A DNA stretch of 64,000 nucleotides, from contig CAJINV010000006.1 in assembly GCA_905178155.1 (NCBI GenBank), positions 3,568,169-3,632,168 on the forward strand, given 5' to 3'. The notes below the pieces were generated by a model. It worked only from the letters and a program-made list of their open reading frames with translations. It did not search any database and was not told the DNA's origin. The position numbers were made by a program, and so were the translations under genes. Source of the stretch: Amoebophrya sp. A120 (lineage: Eukaryota > Protista > Dinoflagellata). The stretch's first letter is position 1, and every line of letters starts with the position of its first letter. Shown here piece by piece: positions 24,632-38,400 of the stretch.

Positions 24632-27600
24632 TCAAATGTAGGGCATAGGGATTGATGCGGTTTGGAGGACGGTATTAACGTAACATACTTGCAACTTGCA
24701 TAATTTCATCTCCGTTGACGCCGTCTTTTCTGCCACAACACCCTTGGTCACGTTCCTTGAAGAGTACAGTCTTCCGTAGAATTCTCCTTCCCCGCCTAGG
24801 TCCTCGAAAGGGCCTGCTCCTGCGTCCTCAGCCTTATCTCGCGCAGAAGCACGCAACCCGAGCCATCGCGAGTGGAGTCCGGGATAAACAGTGTCTGGCG
24901 TGGGGGTCGTTATTGATGCAGCTGAAAGAGGACTTTTCTCGTGTTCCACCGAGGACGTAGTTGGTGCGGGGCACAGTGGCAAATCCTGTAGGCACATCCC
25001 ACTCAGCGTGAGGTAGACGAAGGGGTGCTCGTACGTCACGTCTGAGATGTTGAAGTGGTCCGGTTTGATGTTGGGCGATAGTATGTTGCCAGATGTTGTG
25101 CCAGTAGAGTCAGCACCACCTTCGGGCGTCAGAGAGGTAGAGGACGGTCCGCCCTGCTGGTCATGATTTATGCTTCCCTCTTGCTCGTGCTGGTCCTCCT
25201 CAACAACAACTCCGTCGTCTTGTTCGTCGCGCAGAAGTCCAAGCGAAGGCCTGGGTGTCTCCTCCTCCACCTCTGGTGGTCTACTACTTTGCGTGTAATC
25301 ATTAGCATTCCCCCGACCCAGGCCCTTGCTGATGACAACGTTCTTCTGTAAGGAAGGTGATGGTGCAACTGCCGGTCGTGTTGACCCATTTTCTTTTTCG
25401 TTTTGGAGCTCCACGTCGCTTACGCTTGTTTGTTGAAGAGCCGATGAGCTGGGCACTATTTCCAGAAGTTCTTGTGCTGTTACAGTCGCAGGCGGCTTAT
25501 TTGTTCTGTGCGAAGATATTACGCCGTCGGCGGGAGGTGGACGGCCACGAGGCGTCTCAAAAAATGCTGACGCCAAAGGGGAACGACCAGCACCCGAAAA
25601 TAAAATAACTCGCTTCGTTTCGAATTCCGCCACAGCCTCGCAGCTTCTCGCAGCACGAGAAGCTGGAGAACTTCCAACTACTGCAGGTCTACTCACCTTC
25701 ATCTTCACCCGCTGCCGGATGTTGTGATGCTGGATTTTTACCACGTGGGAGCTCTTCTGGTTGCCTCTGGTGGTCGATTCATCTTGAGGTATATGTGATA
25801 CCTTTGATGTATCAGCTGCAAGGACGCCAGCTTCTCGACTTTTTGCATCATCATCAAGTCCTCCTCCACCCAGCATCTTCCACGGCACGCATTCCGCCGA
25901 GCACTCCTATGCTGTGCAAAAGTATCGTACTAGTATAAACCAGCCATGCTCCGGCTGCCGCCGGAGCGCAAGGCTGTTGGGCCGGGGCAAGATAGTTTGC
26001 CGATCGGACCACAACGCCACGGGCCTGTGCACAACGAAGCATGCTGGAGTTTGCGCCGCGCCAACCCGCCGGACCACTTGCGCGCCTCCCGCGCCTGTGG
26101 GCGCTCTGCGCAGGGAGCAGCTGCAAAGAACACCGGGGGCGAACAGAAGCCGCCCGGCGCGAGAGGGTGGCGCGGGAGGGTGGCGCGAGAGGGTCGCGCG
26201 AGCGGGTGGCGCGAGAGGGTGCGCGAGAGGGTGGCGGGGACAGGCGCCGAACAAAACAACTCCGCGAAGAGCCTGCAACGCTAAATGTGGGGACTCCCAT
26301 GCGGATTCGCGCCCGCTACTCTGTGTTTTTACCCTCTCGCAGACCTCTCGCAGACCCTCTTTTTTCCCTCTTTTGGGGGTCCCCGCTAATAGTCCGGCTA
26401 TACTCGAGGGTAGAGGTCGACAGAGGTGGCCCAGAGGTGGCCGACAGGGTGCGCGAGAGGTTGGCCCTTATTCGCGCCACCTCTCTCGACCTCTGTCGAC
26501 CTCCCGCGCCCCCTCTTTTTGACCTCTCTGCACCCTCTGAGGCACTTAGGCGCCGCCTTAAGGTGGGTCCTTCGGCGGGCTATACTCGCGCACCCTCTCG
26601 CCGACCCTCTCGAAAGGGGTCCCGCGCCACCTCTCCACCTCTGTCGACCTCTTTTTTACCTCTTTTGCCCTCTTTTTGACCTCTCGGCCACCTCTTGTTT
26701 ACCCTCTGTCTACCTCTTTTTTCGCATGAATATAATATATAGTAATTGCATTACAAATTAGCCCAGCATTACAAATTAAATTTGTAATGCTGATTTACTT
26801 TAAGAAAGAGATTTGTCATGCATGAACGCAATTAGTACGAGTACGATACTTTTGCACAGGATAACTCCCCCGCCGGGGCGAATTTCTCCCAGGCTCTCCC
26901 ATCCGCTATAGAAGTGCACAACTCCCCCTCCCCCTCATTTGTATGGCATGAACAGCAATACAAGCACCAGCGCTCACGGCGCCTATGCATGACAAATCTA
27001 TGTGCCTAATGTAGTACTCTTTTGGCCTACTTCCGGAATTTGTCATGCAAACAGTGCCACAAGGCAGCGACTGGATTTGGGATTTTGCACGACAAATGAG
27101 GGCGAGGGGGAGTTGTGCACTGTAATATCCGCCATGAACTCTTCATACAACCCACAGTCCCGCTCGCAGGTGGGAAGCAGATCTGCGTCCGCACAGGAAT
27201 CATATTTCTCCAAAGCCGTGCCACTACACGCTTCCACCCCAACAACGACTTTCACTTCCCCAGTCCCCCCAGATAACTTCGGATCCGTGAACGCGGTGGC
27301 TGTTTTCGCAATTAACCGTTGCTTTTCGTCCGCGAGTTCTCTCGTGTACTTTTGGAGGCCACAGGGGACTATTTTCCTTTTTGAAGGAGAAGAGGTAGGT
27401 AATCCTTTGTTCTGAACAACAAATAACTCCATCTTCGCCTCTTGGGGGCAGCAGCTGACCGAGCACGTTCCTTCCACGGGCACCCACTCTGTCACGGGGC
27501 AGTCGCAGGTCGGCATGTTTTGACAAGTCGTTTTCCATATCAAATGCAAAAATGTCTGGGTCTGGGAGATTGCGAGATTCGTCATGCTAGTCTGGCATGA

Positions 27601-28788
27601 CTCTAAACTCTGTATTGCGTGCCCGCGAAGAGGTCCTCTTGTCTGTCATGCAAAAACGCAGTTTCTCATGCGGAGTACGCAACTCTGAACCACGGAAAAA
27701 CTTGTCATGGTGGGGAGCGCATTACAGTGTGCTTAATATTCCCTTCCTTGCATCACAAGTTTCCAGACCCAGACACTTTTGCATTTGATATTCCACACCC
27801 GGGCTCCGGCCTTTTCCGCCTCCCAACGGAGCCGCGGTTGTTTTAGAATGGAACTGATTTGGTCCACGTATCGGGTGATATTTCCTTGTCCGCAGAGGTT
27901 GTAGTTCTCGTTTTGCTTTATTGCGGTGAGGAAATGGTGATCAGAGTTGTTGTTATCTGGTTTTAGGACTTCTATCTCACCTAGAACGTTCAACCGTTTC
28001 TCCATGACTCCGCAGGAAGTAGGGACAACTACCGGCGGTGTAGTAGTTCCACTTGAGACCACGTCGACTTCATCATCCTCGACCGAATTTTTAACTGGGC
28101 AGCAGGACAGATCGCAGGGAGCTAGATCCAGCCAGGGGTTTACGTCGTCGATGATACACTCGTCTACTACTATTTTTTCACGTCGTGGTCCCTGATGTCC
28201 GCTCTTCTCCCCGTCCCGGTCTTTTTCAAGTATGTTGCCGGATGAAGATGTAGGCTCATCTCTTGCTGTACTAGTTTTCTTGTGATTTTTCTTTTCCTGC
28301 TCGACAGACAGGAGGGAGAGGCGGGGCCTCCCTGCGAGGACCTTGTTGTGTCGCTGGAGCAGTGGTTTTACGACCTGGTTGCTCGAAAAAGAGGGTCTTG
28401 CATCTGGTCGTGTAGAAGATGTTGGCGGCGATGCTAAAGTGGTTCGGGAGTGCTGAACGGTGACCTCAGACTGGTCATCTACTTCACGTTCCCCTTGATC
28501 TTCTTCATCTATGCCAGCTGCTGGCGCACCACCTCTACTTCGCGTGCTCCCGGCGGGGTTCCTCGCAATTTGACCACGTTGTACTTCTGTTTTCCTTGTA
28601 CGGAGGCCGGACGTCGTCGTCCTCGACGTTCTCAGCCGCGTGGCGCTGACGCAGGAACAAATGACGCTTCTTGATGTAAAAGTACTGTTCAAAAGCTGCA
28701 CCAAGAGGACGGCCCGACAAAGCATCGTGGATGAAGATGCCGCCACGATGTCAGCCCCTTTGGGAGCAGGAAAGAAACAAGACGACAT
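24632..28788 (-). CDS. Putative secreted protein with thrombospondin type-1-like Cys/Trp repeats
   Basis: Four exons joined in frame; motifs PWLDLAPCDLSCC, CPVTEWVPVEGTCSVSCC...CGLQKYTR, and WEKFAPAGECSAEC (formed across a splice junction); hydrophobic N-terminus. Confidence 0.65.
25908..26863. mobile_element. Introner family B with ~800-bp GC-rich cargo
   Basis: Family B TIRs, perfect DR ACTCC; internal 25940-26742 rich in GAGAGGGTGGCGC and GACCTCT repeats. Confidence 0.88.
26907..27127. mobile_element. Introner family C
   Basis: TAT...AGTGCACAACTCCCCCTC / GAGGGGGAGTTGTGCACT...ATA; perfect DR TCCGC. Confidence 0.92.
27538..27790. mobile_element. Introner family A
   Basis: TATCAAATGCAAAAATGTCTGGGTCTGG TIR; perfect DR TTCCA. 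Confidence 0.93.
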
Positions 28789-29438
28789 TATCTATCAATC
28801 AGGGGGTGATATCTGGTTTTACTTAAATAATAGGCTGCTATGATGTTGTAGGACTAGGAGAGATGGGCGCAATAATAGGTCATCAGGGAAATCACGGAAA
28901 AATAAATGGTCTTTCACATGGTGCGATCAGTCGAGCACCAAGAAGAACTACTCCGGGGGATTACTAGTAGATGCATCTATCGTAGTACTGAGAAGTAGGA
29001 TTGCGAAACACAAACACGTTTCGAGATTTATAAAATCACGTGTTTGAATGATGAACTAGACTTTATCGACCTTCATCTGGACGACGAGAAAAGAATGAGC
29101 GCGCGACGAGAAGACGATGTAAAATGCAACTTCTTTGCACGATGTTGCGTGTAATTACGAGGACACGAACGGCTGAAGCTGATACGAAGCGGAATGACAA
29201 ACCATGTCATTTTTGAACGATAATGGAAACACGAAATCAAAGCAGCAGCACAACGCGTTTTTTACATGTTTCAGTTTATTTCGTACGATTGCGTTACACG
29301 AGAGACTGGTGCTGGACAACCGTGGTGAACAATAAATCGCACTAGATGTGCTGCAGTCACAGTAGTTCCTATTTCTGTCGGCATCAAGTTTCTTGCAGGC
29401 CTCGCAACATCATCGAACTCGAGCCACCAGCCTCCTCA

Positions 29439-30725
29439 TCAACTGAGGAAAAACTTCACCCCGCTTGGCATCTTCTCGTAGTTATCTGGATCACTATTTT
29501 CGGCAGTGGTTATTCCCTCCTCGCCTCCGATCTGGTCGTCCAAAGAGAACAGCTCCACCTTCCCTTCCTTTTCCAGAAGTCGCAATCCGGACACAAGCAT
29601 CGGCTTACTGATCCTCAGAGAGCCACGGCTTGGCACAACCGTCGTGCCGTTGTCTGTCGTGCCTTTTCCTAGTGGTTGGTCATGATTCCCGCCGAAAATC
29701 CGCAAAGAGTTTCTCTCCGTACTCATCTCTTCGAACAAATTTTCCACCGTTTCGACAGAGTTGTGCGCCTTTTTGTCCTTCAGAAACAGAAAAATCTTGT
29801 CCGCAAAGTCCCGCTTTCCGTTTGGGAACGGATACACCCGGAGGCCGATCGTTTGTCTACTTGATGGCGCAGATGTTTTGCGGCCTGGTTCGACGCGACC
29901 ACCGCTTCGATCCTTGCTCCTGCCTCCTGCGGAAGAAGATGAAGGAGCTGAGGCGACTTTATTTTCTGGTGATACTGTGGCAAAAATCCTCTCCGCTTTG
30001 CAAGTTGCATTTGGCGAGTACGACGAGGGCGGAGTGGACGGTCTCAGCTTGCCTCTCTCGCTATTTGTGTCGGTTCTTGTGTCGCTTCGTCTTTGCCCAC
30101 CACGATCGTCGCACATGTAGTCTGCAATCGCTTCAAAAAGTTCAGGCGCTACTTTCCTGTTGATCGAGGGGTTGTGAAAAAGTTTTTCTGTAGTTGCGCC
30201 CTGTAGTTGCCCACTTGATGTCTGACTACCTCCCGCGGTTGTGAAGGTGGTCATGCTAGTAGTAGTACCACCTCCCGATGCGAACAAAACTTCGCATGTA
30301 GAAGACGTACTCGAGGACACGCTAGCCGATTTTAATATCCCCGCAGGTGGAGATGCTTGTCTCCAACAAGAGTCCACGATCCGCTCCGCCCAGAGTTCTA
30401 ACTGTCTTTGCTGCGTCTGCAAATTCGGTTGCAGGGTGAAAAACGGCGGGAAATCAAACCAAGACGTGATTTTTTTCTTGCCGGGAGGGGGTGGTGGAGG
30501 AGCAGCAGGTCCTACGGTGGAGGAGGATGGTTGCGATGGCGCAGTTCTAGTACAACTCGGGGTTGCTACTTTGTCCGCTGAATCGTGATCCGGCCTGGGA
30601 ACAACCTCCACTGCGGGTTCTTGATCGGAGGACTCATTCATGGGTCGTTCTGCGAGGGCTGTCATCATTCCGGTCTTGTTCCGAATATTTTTTTCTTTGT
30701 TGAAGGAGCTGGAGCGGAGGCTCAA
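29439..30725 (-). CDS. VPS25: ESCRT-II subunit VPS25, intronless, with low-complexity insertions
   Basis: FPPFFTLQPNLQTQQRQLELW, LFHNPSINRK and C-terminal GVKFF match the VPS25/EAP20 signatures; real start probably the Met near 30668. Confidence 0.88.
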   Translation of the reverse strand: MSLRSSSFNKEKNIRNKTGMMTALAERPMNESSDQEPAVEVVPRPDHDSADKVATPSCTRTAPSQPSSSTVGPAAPPPPPPGKKKITSWFDFPPFFTLQPNLQTQQRQLELWAERIVDSCWRQASPPAGILKSASVSSSTSSTCEVLFASGGGTTTSMTTFTTAGGSQTSSGQLQGATTEKLFHNPSINRKVAPELFEAIADYMCDDRGGQRRSDTRTDTNSERGKLRPSTPPSSYSPNATCKAERIFATVSPENKVASAPSSSSAGGRSKDRSGGRVEPGRKTSAPSSRQTIGLRVYPFPNGKRDFADKIFLFLKDKKAHNSVETVENLFEEMSTERNSLRIFGGNHDQPLGKGTTDNGTTVVPSRGSLRISKPMLVSGLRLLEKEGKVELFSLDDQIGGEEGITTAENSDPDNYEKMPSGVKFFLS

Positions 30726-31393
30726 TAACTTGTTTTTTTATCACGACTTCCTACTTGTTCTTCTAGAGAAATGCCGATTGAGATGATGTCAAGAGCCAAC
30801 GAAGAACGCGGCCATGCGGGCTATGCTCAAGCAAAGCCGCAGAACATGTAAAGTGGAGTACCCATAAATAGGTGGTCAAACGGCTGTCAAAGGACAAAGC
30901 CATGGTCAGCATCAGGCTCGGGATCTGGATCAAGAATCACCGCCACCAAAAAAACTGTCTTATGTTGAGCTTGATCTTCCTTTTCTCACCTGCGAGTGGT
31001 TTCATCATCGTGGGTGGATCTTCGTGATCGTGGTCTTCGTGCTGGAGCATGATAAAAGTCATCTTCAGCGATAACTTTGGTTCACAATGATCACAAAAAA
31101 CAGGCCACTGCTCTTTGATGCCCGCATTAAAGCGAGGACAACTGCAACAGCTGCACGAGGACAGACAGAGAACATCTTTAACACGCCGCGATAGAAAACT
31201 ACCACGACAGTTTTACTGTATGTCGGTCAGTAGCAGTACTGCTCCGGTGCACTACTACACGCTGAAAAACCCTTCTTGGGCCGCCAGGTCGAATAAAAAG
31301 CTGCTTATTTATTTTTCTTCGTTTCCTTCCAGAAGTACAACTGTTGAAACTTGGTATTGTACAAGGTTTGAGCAAGTTCTTTCGAAAAATACG

Positions 31394-31616
31394 GAGCGGG
31401 GTAACAAATTCTGCCGAGTTGTGGCCGTCCCACTTTTCACCCGCCCGGCCGGGTGGGTGACTAGTGGGACGGAACCAGGAGCCTGACCACCTGGCCGAAT
31501 CTTGCTTTTCGCCGTTCTCGTGGTCAGGGTCCTGGTTCCGTCCCACTAGTCACCCACCCGGCCGGGCGGGTGAGAAGTGGGACGGCCACAACTCGTCCGA
31601 ATTTGTTACCCCGCTC
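31394..31616. mobile_element. 223-bp hairpin MITE with ~97-bp inverted arms
   Basis: GAGCGGGGTAACAAATTC...GAATTTGTTACCCCGCTC; arms ~31394-31490 and ~31520-31616 nearly perfectly complementary; intergenic. Confidence 0.85.
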
Positions 31617-32459
31617 TAGCTTACAGTTGCATTAATATTGCCTGGTATTGTCATTGACACTGTCTTGATGAAGTAGACGCCTATCCCTTGTTCTACCAAC
31701 TTTTTCGTTCCCCGCTTCCTCGACTCGCCATCTTCATCCGCATCTCAGATTCCAAAGACAGATAGATACCACGATCGATTTTACACAAGTGCGAGAAGTA
31801 GTTCTAACGCAACTAAAAACTGATACGTTCTTGAAGCTGGTGCGGGTCTTCAACTTCTCCACTGCGCTTTTTGTGAATAGAGTTTCAATTTCATTCAGAT
31901 TCGTACCGTAATTAGTACTTGTTGTTCTTGATCTTGAACTTGTTTGGATAAGATTCACTTTGAAGGTTTAATTTGGGTGACATATATAGACATTGATAGT
32001 AGTTCGTCGTCGAGTCTTTCAATACTACCCGCCTCTCGGGCAGTGGCAGGTGCGACCAAACTAATTTTGGGCTGTAGCGACGTCCCATGGCCCTGCTGCC
32101 CGCCGACTTTTGTTAATCGCTAAAAATAAACTCAAGCTCTTGATGAACCGACGAAGCCTTTTGGTATTGAAATCTTGAAAATAAGTGCCTGCAACGCTAC
32201 ACGACTTCCACGAAAACGCATCGCACTATATAATGCGGTGTAGAAATTAAAATTATCGTGTTTGTGTAGCTCGTTTGCTATTTCAGTATAAAATCGTTGT
32301 AAAGTTCTCTTCTCGTTTTACTTGTTGAATTAGTTTGATGATATTGACAATCGAATAGGAATAATAGAGTTCTGTATTCTCGGTGATAGTGAACTTCTTG
32401 TTCTCCTTCCATTAATTTTTGCTACGTTTTGTCCCAAGCACGACAGCACACCACCTTCC

Positions 32460-35400
32460 CTACACCGGTACCGATGTCGCGTGGTGTCCGCTGCCCATAC
32501 TAGTGCCTCCCATAGGCATCGGCGGCGGACTATCAAAAGGAAAAATCCCCCCTCCCCATATCGAAAACGAAATTTGTGATGCTGTATTTGAGTACACAAG
32601 TCGACTTGTAATGCTAGAAGGCCAAGAGACGCAGCTGTGGCCTCGTTTGCAGGCAATTTGTCATGCTGTTTCCCACTTCCAGCTGCCCCCTGTCATGCTG
32701 AAGATGCAAGTCTTTCCCACGCCAACCACCACTACAGTCCGCATCCTTTCCCTTCTAGCATGACAAACCTGATTTGTGGCCACAAATCTGCATCACAAAT
32801 TTCTAGTTTGAGTATGGGGTGGGGGGATTTTTCATTTTGATACGGACTGCTTTTCGCGGCCATGCTCACATTCATCTTCGGCATAATCCCTCCTGGCGGC
32901 GTATGGATGTGTCAGGTTTGAAATCGTCAAAGTTGAAATAGTTTGCCATGCATAAAACGGATACCAGTTAGACCTACAGTTTGTAGTCGGTGCATGACAA
33001 ATCTTCCCGGTCCTGGAAGCGAGTCTGTGATGCGGTTTAGGGTAAAAGAGCTGTCTTCTGGCATGCTAGTCAGCAGTCCAACTTTTGACCCTTGCCAGGA
33101 CTATAATCTGCCTCCCGTGCGTCCTCTGCAGTAGAGTCACTTTTTGTATCGCATTTTATGCATGACAAATCATTTCAACTTTGACGATTTCAATCCTGAC
33201 ACATCCATACGGCGCCGGACCACCGCTTCCCATCTGCACTTTCGTCATGTTCAGGGGTTGGATGCCCATTTTTTGGATCACGGTTTTGTGGTTATGCTGC
33301 ACGGCGTGGGGTTGATTCGCCGGCTGTATGCTCTTCTGATGTTGACCGTTAGCTCCTGGTTGATGACCACCAGCGGCCGCTGCTAGATACCCCCGCCCTG
33401 CTCCGGAAGTAGCGCTGCTCCTGGCGCTACTCTATCACAAGAAAAAGTGTTAACGTTAACAGTTTTATACAGATTGCAGCCATGCATCACAAATGTAGCT
33501 CAATATGCATGCTATGCATTACAAATTTTAGAATGTTTTGCGATGCATTGCTGCATAACAAATTCCGTTAACGTTAACACTTTTTGCTGTGATATACTCC
33601 GTGCGGAAATCATGTCGGGTTGTTTGTTTCGGGCCGATATGCATTGCAAAAGTATCGCACAACTCGTATAAATTGCATTACAAATTGACTTCGCATTACA
33701 AATTAAATCTGTAATGCGGATTTGCCTAAAAAAAAAAGATTTGTAATGCATAAATGCAATTAATACGTCGAGTACGTTACTTTTGCACTGCATAGCCGAT
33801 GATGCGGCACTACTTCTCGACGACTGCACGACCACCGTGCGTTTTGGCGGGTTATGGGGCTCTCAAGCGTTACATTCTCAACTGGTACATGATTTGTCAT
33901 GCAAAACTAGCATCACTATCCACACGATCTAGCTGCTTCGCATGACAAATTTCCAAAGGGCTAAACAGCAACGAATAATCTGTGCGGAGTTTGTAATGCT
34001 ACAGGTGCAGCCTTCCCCCTTTGACTTTTGCTACTCTTGCATTAGAAATTCGTGTACGTAACTGTTGAGAAGGTAACGTTTGAGAACACCATACGGGTAA
34101 GAACTTGACTGTAGTGTGGGTTGTTGCCCTGCGGTTTCTTGCTGTGCAGCGGGTGCTGGCGAGGGCTGGTAGTCTTGCTGCGCCGCGGGGACAAATTCTG
34201 CGGAGGCTGTCGCACCTAGATACCAGGATTCAAGTTGAAAGTTGGGATTTATTGTAGCGAGAATAAAGGAGCATGAAGATGAAACATCCAACATAATGGC
34301 TAAGTCTACTTCAGGAGGGGGAGAAGAGATGTTGGTCAAAACTTGATGAAACTTGAACTACCACCATCCTAGATTCCGAGAACATCAAACTCAAAACTTT
34401 ACCCTGACTACTTTCCGCGACGTGCGCCGGAGCTACTTCGACTACCCTTGTGTATCCTGTGCAAAAGTATCGCCTTCGTAGTAATCTAAGGATCGCAGTC
34501 ATGCAGCATTACAAATATGAATAAGTATCCATCCCAAGGCAAAACAGCATTACAAATTACCTTAACCTTTGTCATGCTGAGCTAATTTGTATTGCAATTT
34601 ACACTAGTACGATGCTTTTGCAATTCATATTGTGTCTATCGTTCCAATCTTCGACCTTTGCCACGGACCCGGGGGCTATCAAATGCAAAAGTGTCTGGGT
34701 CTGGAAGATTCTGAGACTTGTCATGCACGGTTTGCATGAGCCATGATGTCCGTGATGCATGCCCTAGCATCACAGGTTTTTTGAGGGATTCGTGACGCCT
34801 ATTCCGCATGACAAATGTCCTCTCCGCGTAGCAAAAATTAGATTCCTTTTGCTGCTCATGCAACACAAATTTTTTTGACATCCAAATGCAGCGTCACAAG
34901 TTCCAACCTTCCAGACCCAGACACTTTTGCATTTGATAGGGGCTCGTGCGAGTAGGGGAGATACAGTGGCTTTGCGTTCCGGCCCTTGTGGTGCTGATAG
35001 GAATGATTCAGTTTTAATAGATCGATTGTCATGTTTGTTGCGTATGGCAAACTGACAAAGTGTTCTAACATTTGCATGACAAACAGAAGACAAACAAAAA
35101 ACACATTCGTCTACTTAAGTACCTCGTTCGTGACAATGTCGAATCCGCGCTTCACTGGCTCTTTGAATCTGTCGATCGCGACCTTATTCATCCTCCTCTC
35201 CTCCGTAATCTGGTCGTGCCTGATGTCCTGCACGTGCTTGTTATGGTAGTCGATATAGCGGTATGCATTGCAGAAGTATCGCACTCCTCGTAGTATTTTG
35301 CAATACAAATTAGCTCGGCATGACAAATGGAATTTCTCATGCTGATTTAGCTTGAAGAAGAAATTTGTCTTGCTTGACTGCGATCAGTACGAGTACGATA

Positions 35401-38400
35401 CTGTTGCACAGGATAGGCGGTTTTTGTACCGCTCCTTCGTTTCGTCTTCCGCCAAATCTAACCACTTCACCATGTCCACATTGTGCACCTCATCCGGACT
35501 ATGCAATACAAATCTACCGCACACGACGCTGACGCACAAACTGCATCACAAATTTCGACCACATGATGAAAGTAGCAATCGTTTGTCATGCTGAGTTTGG
35601 TAGAACAAAACTCGTATCATGCAGAAGTGCCATTGAAAAATGTGCGGCAAATTTTTTACTATGGATACGGATTAATCACGCTGTAGAAAGCGCTCGGCCG
35701 GTTCTTTATCGTGGGTGGCACCTGCGCAAGCGCTATCAAATGTAAAAGTGTCTGGGTCTGGAAACTTGTGATGCTGGGTGGCGTATCATGAGGAGGCCAC
35801 AAGTGCTGTCTCAGCAAGGCAAGTTTCTGAGCTTTAAGGTGTTGCCTATTCTGCATGACAAACTGCGTTTCTGCATGACAGAAAAGTGGCGCTCTTGGGT
35901 AACGTGCATGACAGCTTTGAGAGTCATGCCAGACAAGCATGACAAACATACACTCTTCCAGACCCAGACACTTTTACACTTGATAAGCGCTCGGTGGACC
36001 TGTTCCACCTCGTGGGCCTCCTGAAATTGCGCAATGCGCTCCTCTTCCGCCGGGTCGAGAAACCTTTTTTGTAGTGTGTTATATGCATGACAGATCCGTG
36101 GTTCTCATGCGCATGCCAAATCAAGTGCATAGCAAATGCAAAATCTACACAAAAAGACGACTTAATACTGTTGCGTCAGAGGGTTCATGCGGTTCCTGGT
36201 TCGGTGCTTCGCGGTCGCTTCCAACAAGTATGCGAGTGCACAACTCACCCTCTCCTGCATTTGTATAATGGCATGAACAGCAACACAAGCAACAGCAGAA
36301 AAGGGGTCTTCGCATGACAAATCTGCATGCGGATTGTAGTACTTACTATTTGAGGTTCCAAAATTTGTAATGCTAACAGTGCTTACGAGCAAGGTGTAGT
36401 GACTTTGGAATTTTGCATTACAAATGAAGAGGGGGAGGGGGAGTTCGAGTTGTGCACTCTCATAACAAGTTCAACTCGTAATCCCGCTTCGTCTTCTCCG
36501 AGTGGCTATCCTGTACAAAAGTATCGTACCCGTACTAGTCGCCGTCTTGCATGACAAATCCACCAAGTAAGGTAAACCAGCATTACAAATTGCATTTTTT
36601 CTCTTGAAAAAACTTGTCATGCAATTTATACTAGTACGATGCTTTTGCATTGCATAGTGGCTTGCTAGATACCGGTTGGTCACCACATTGAAGTCTTTCT
36701 GGAGAAAAGTTGGCACCATCCGCTGCTTCGGTAGCTTCTGGGCGGGTAAAGGCCGGGCTTCGGGCCGGTCGGGATGGTGGATCGATATGGCGTTCTCAAA
36801 CGTTACATTCTCAACTGTTACATGGATTTGTAATGCAAGAACAGCAACAGTGAAAGTGGCAACGTTGCAGCTTTCGCATCACAGATTTTCCACAGAGTAT
36901 CATGCTGTTGAGCCCTTCGAAAATTTGTCATGCTAAGCACCTTGATCAAGTGGAGGGTAGTGGCAATTTTGCATGACAAATCCGTGTAACAGTTGAGAAT
37001 GTAACAGTTGAGAACGCCATAATCGAGACCGGAAGGTTTGACATGATATTGTAGTCGTAGAACCTTGAGATTTGAATTTGGTATCCTGAGTAGTTGTATC
37101 CGTGTCGTGGCATGACCAAGCCGTTATTTCTTCATGATCCTGCGCGAGCGCGAGAATCCGAAATGGACATGCTGTTGTTCGTTGCACCTTAACAAGATCT
37201 TCAAGGGTGTTGTGGAGGACCAAAACAGGCGAGTTTGTTGTACTTAGTTATACTTATATCTATATGTAATTGTACTAGAAGAGAAGTAACATTGATTTTT
37301 TTGGCACAGCGAACTGATTAGATTTCCAAAAAAAATGTAAAATTTATACGAGTCAGGAAATTTCCGTTTCCCCACTTTGCTTGGTTTCAGGCTCTTGTCT
37401 GCTATGTCTTCGCCCAGACCCGAGAGTTTTGAGGCGTTATTGATGATGTCGAAGCTGAGACGAGTTTTTTTTTGTGGTCCGAGCATCAGGAGTAAGATCT
37501 GTCAGGCGCATTGTGCATCACAAGTCGACCTGACAATTACCATGCTGGCGCACCACAATCATTCCTCATGCGCGTTGTGCATCACAAGTTCATCTTTAGT
37601 ACTTGTTCTCCCGTAGTAGCTGGATATCCTTTGCTCGATTTAGATGCTGGACCCGACACCGCTCTTCTATTACTCGCTGGCCCTTTTCCTGTGATAGCGG
37701 TTTTTCCTTGATAAAGTCATGAATTGTCCGCCTGCTTTTTCATTCTAGTAGAAATGCGTGGTTGTGCATGATAGATCCTGGTGATCAATGTTGTTTTCAA
37801 AAGTTTGTGATGCAAAAATCCCTACTTATACCTTGTCATTGTCCCTGAATTTCTGTAGTAATGGGTCGTAAACTCGCTCCTGTTCCTTCATCATGCCCAG
37901 CCTGATATTGATTTCCGGCCCCTTCAGCGTGTCTATCCAGGAAAAGACACCCATCCCCATCAATTTTTTGCATGACAAATAGCGGATTTTATGGCTGTTT
38001 TGCATGACAAATCGGATGGGGATGGGTGTTTTTTCCTGGATAGTGTCCGGGTGTATCACATGCCGCTTGCCGTACTCGTATTGCCTGGATGGTTTTGATT
38101 TCGACAGTGGTACTTCTAAGCAACATCTTCCACAAGCACAACTTCAAGGGACTGCATCAACAGCAGCACGCATGAAAAATGTATGCCATGCCGTCCTGTC
38201 TTTCACGCATGACAAACATCAAAAGATTAATTCTTACCGCATCGAGTCGCCCCAGGTTGCCGCGTTGTTGCTTTGTAATTTCTGTATGTCGATGGGCGGC
38301 TCCCTTTTTGTTGACGAGCTCGACTTTCCCACCTCCGCTGGCGTCAGCATCCGGTCTGACACGGCTTTGTTCGAAGGTTTTCTCGTCTCCACTGCTGCCC

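Noticed and set aside
25854-26761. ORFs in the introner cargo as a transposase
   Set aside because: Low-complexity repeat translations with no DDE or DNA-binding motifs; no autonomous element is seen anywhere in the window.
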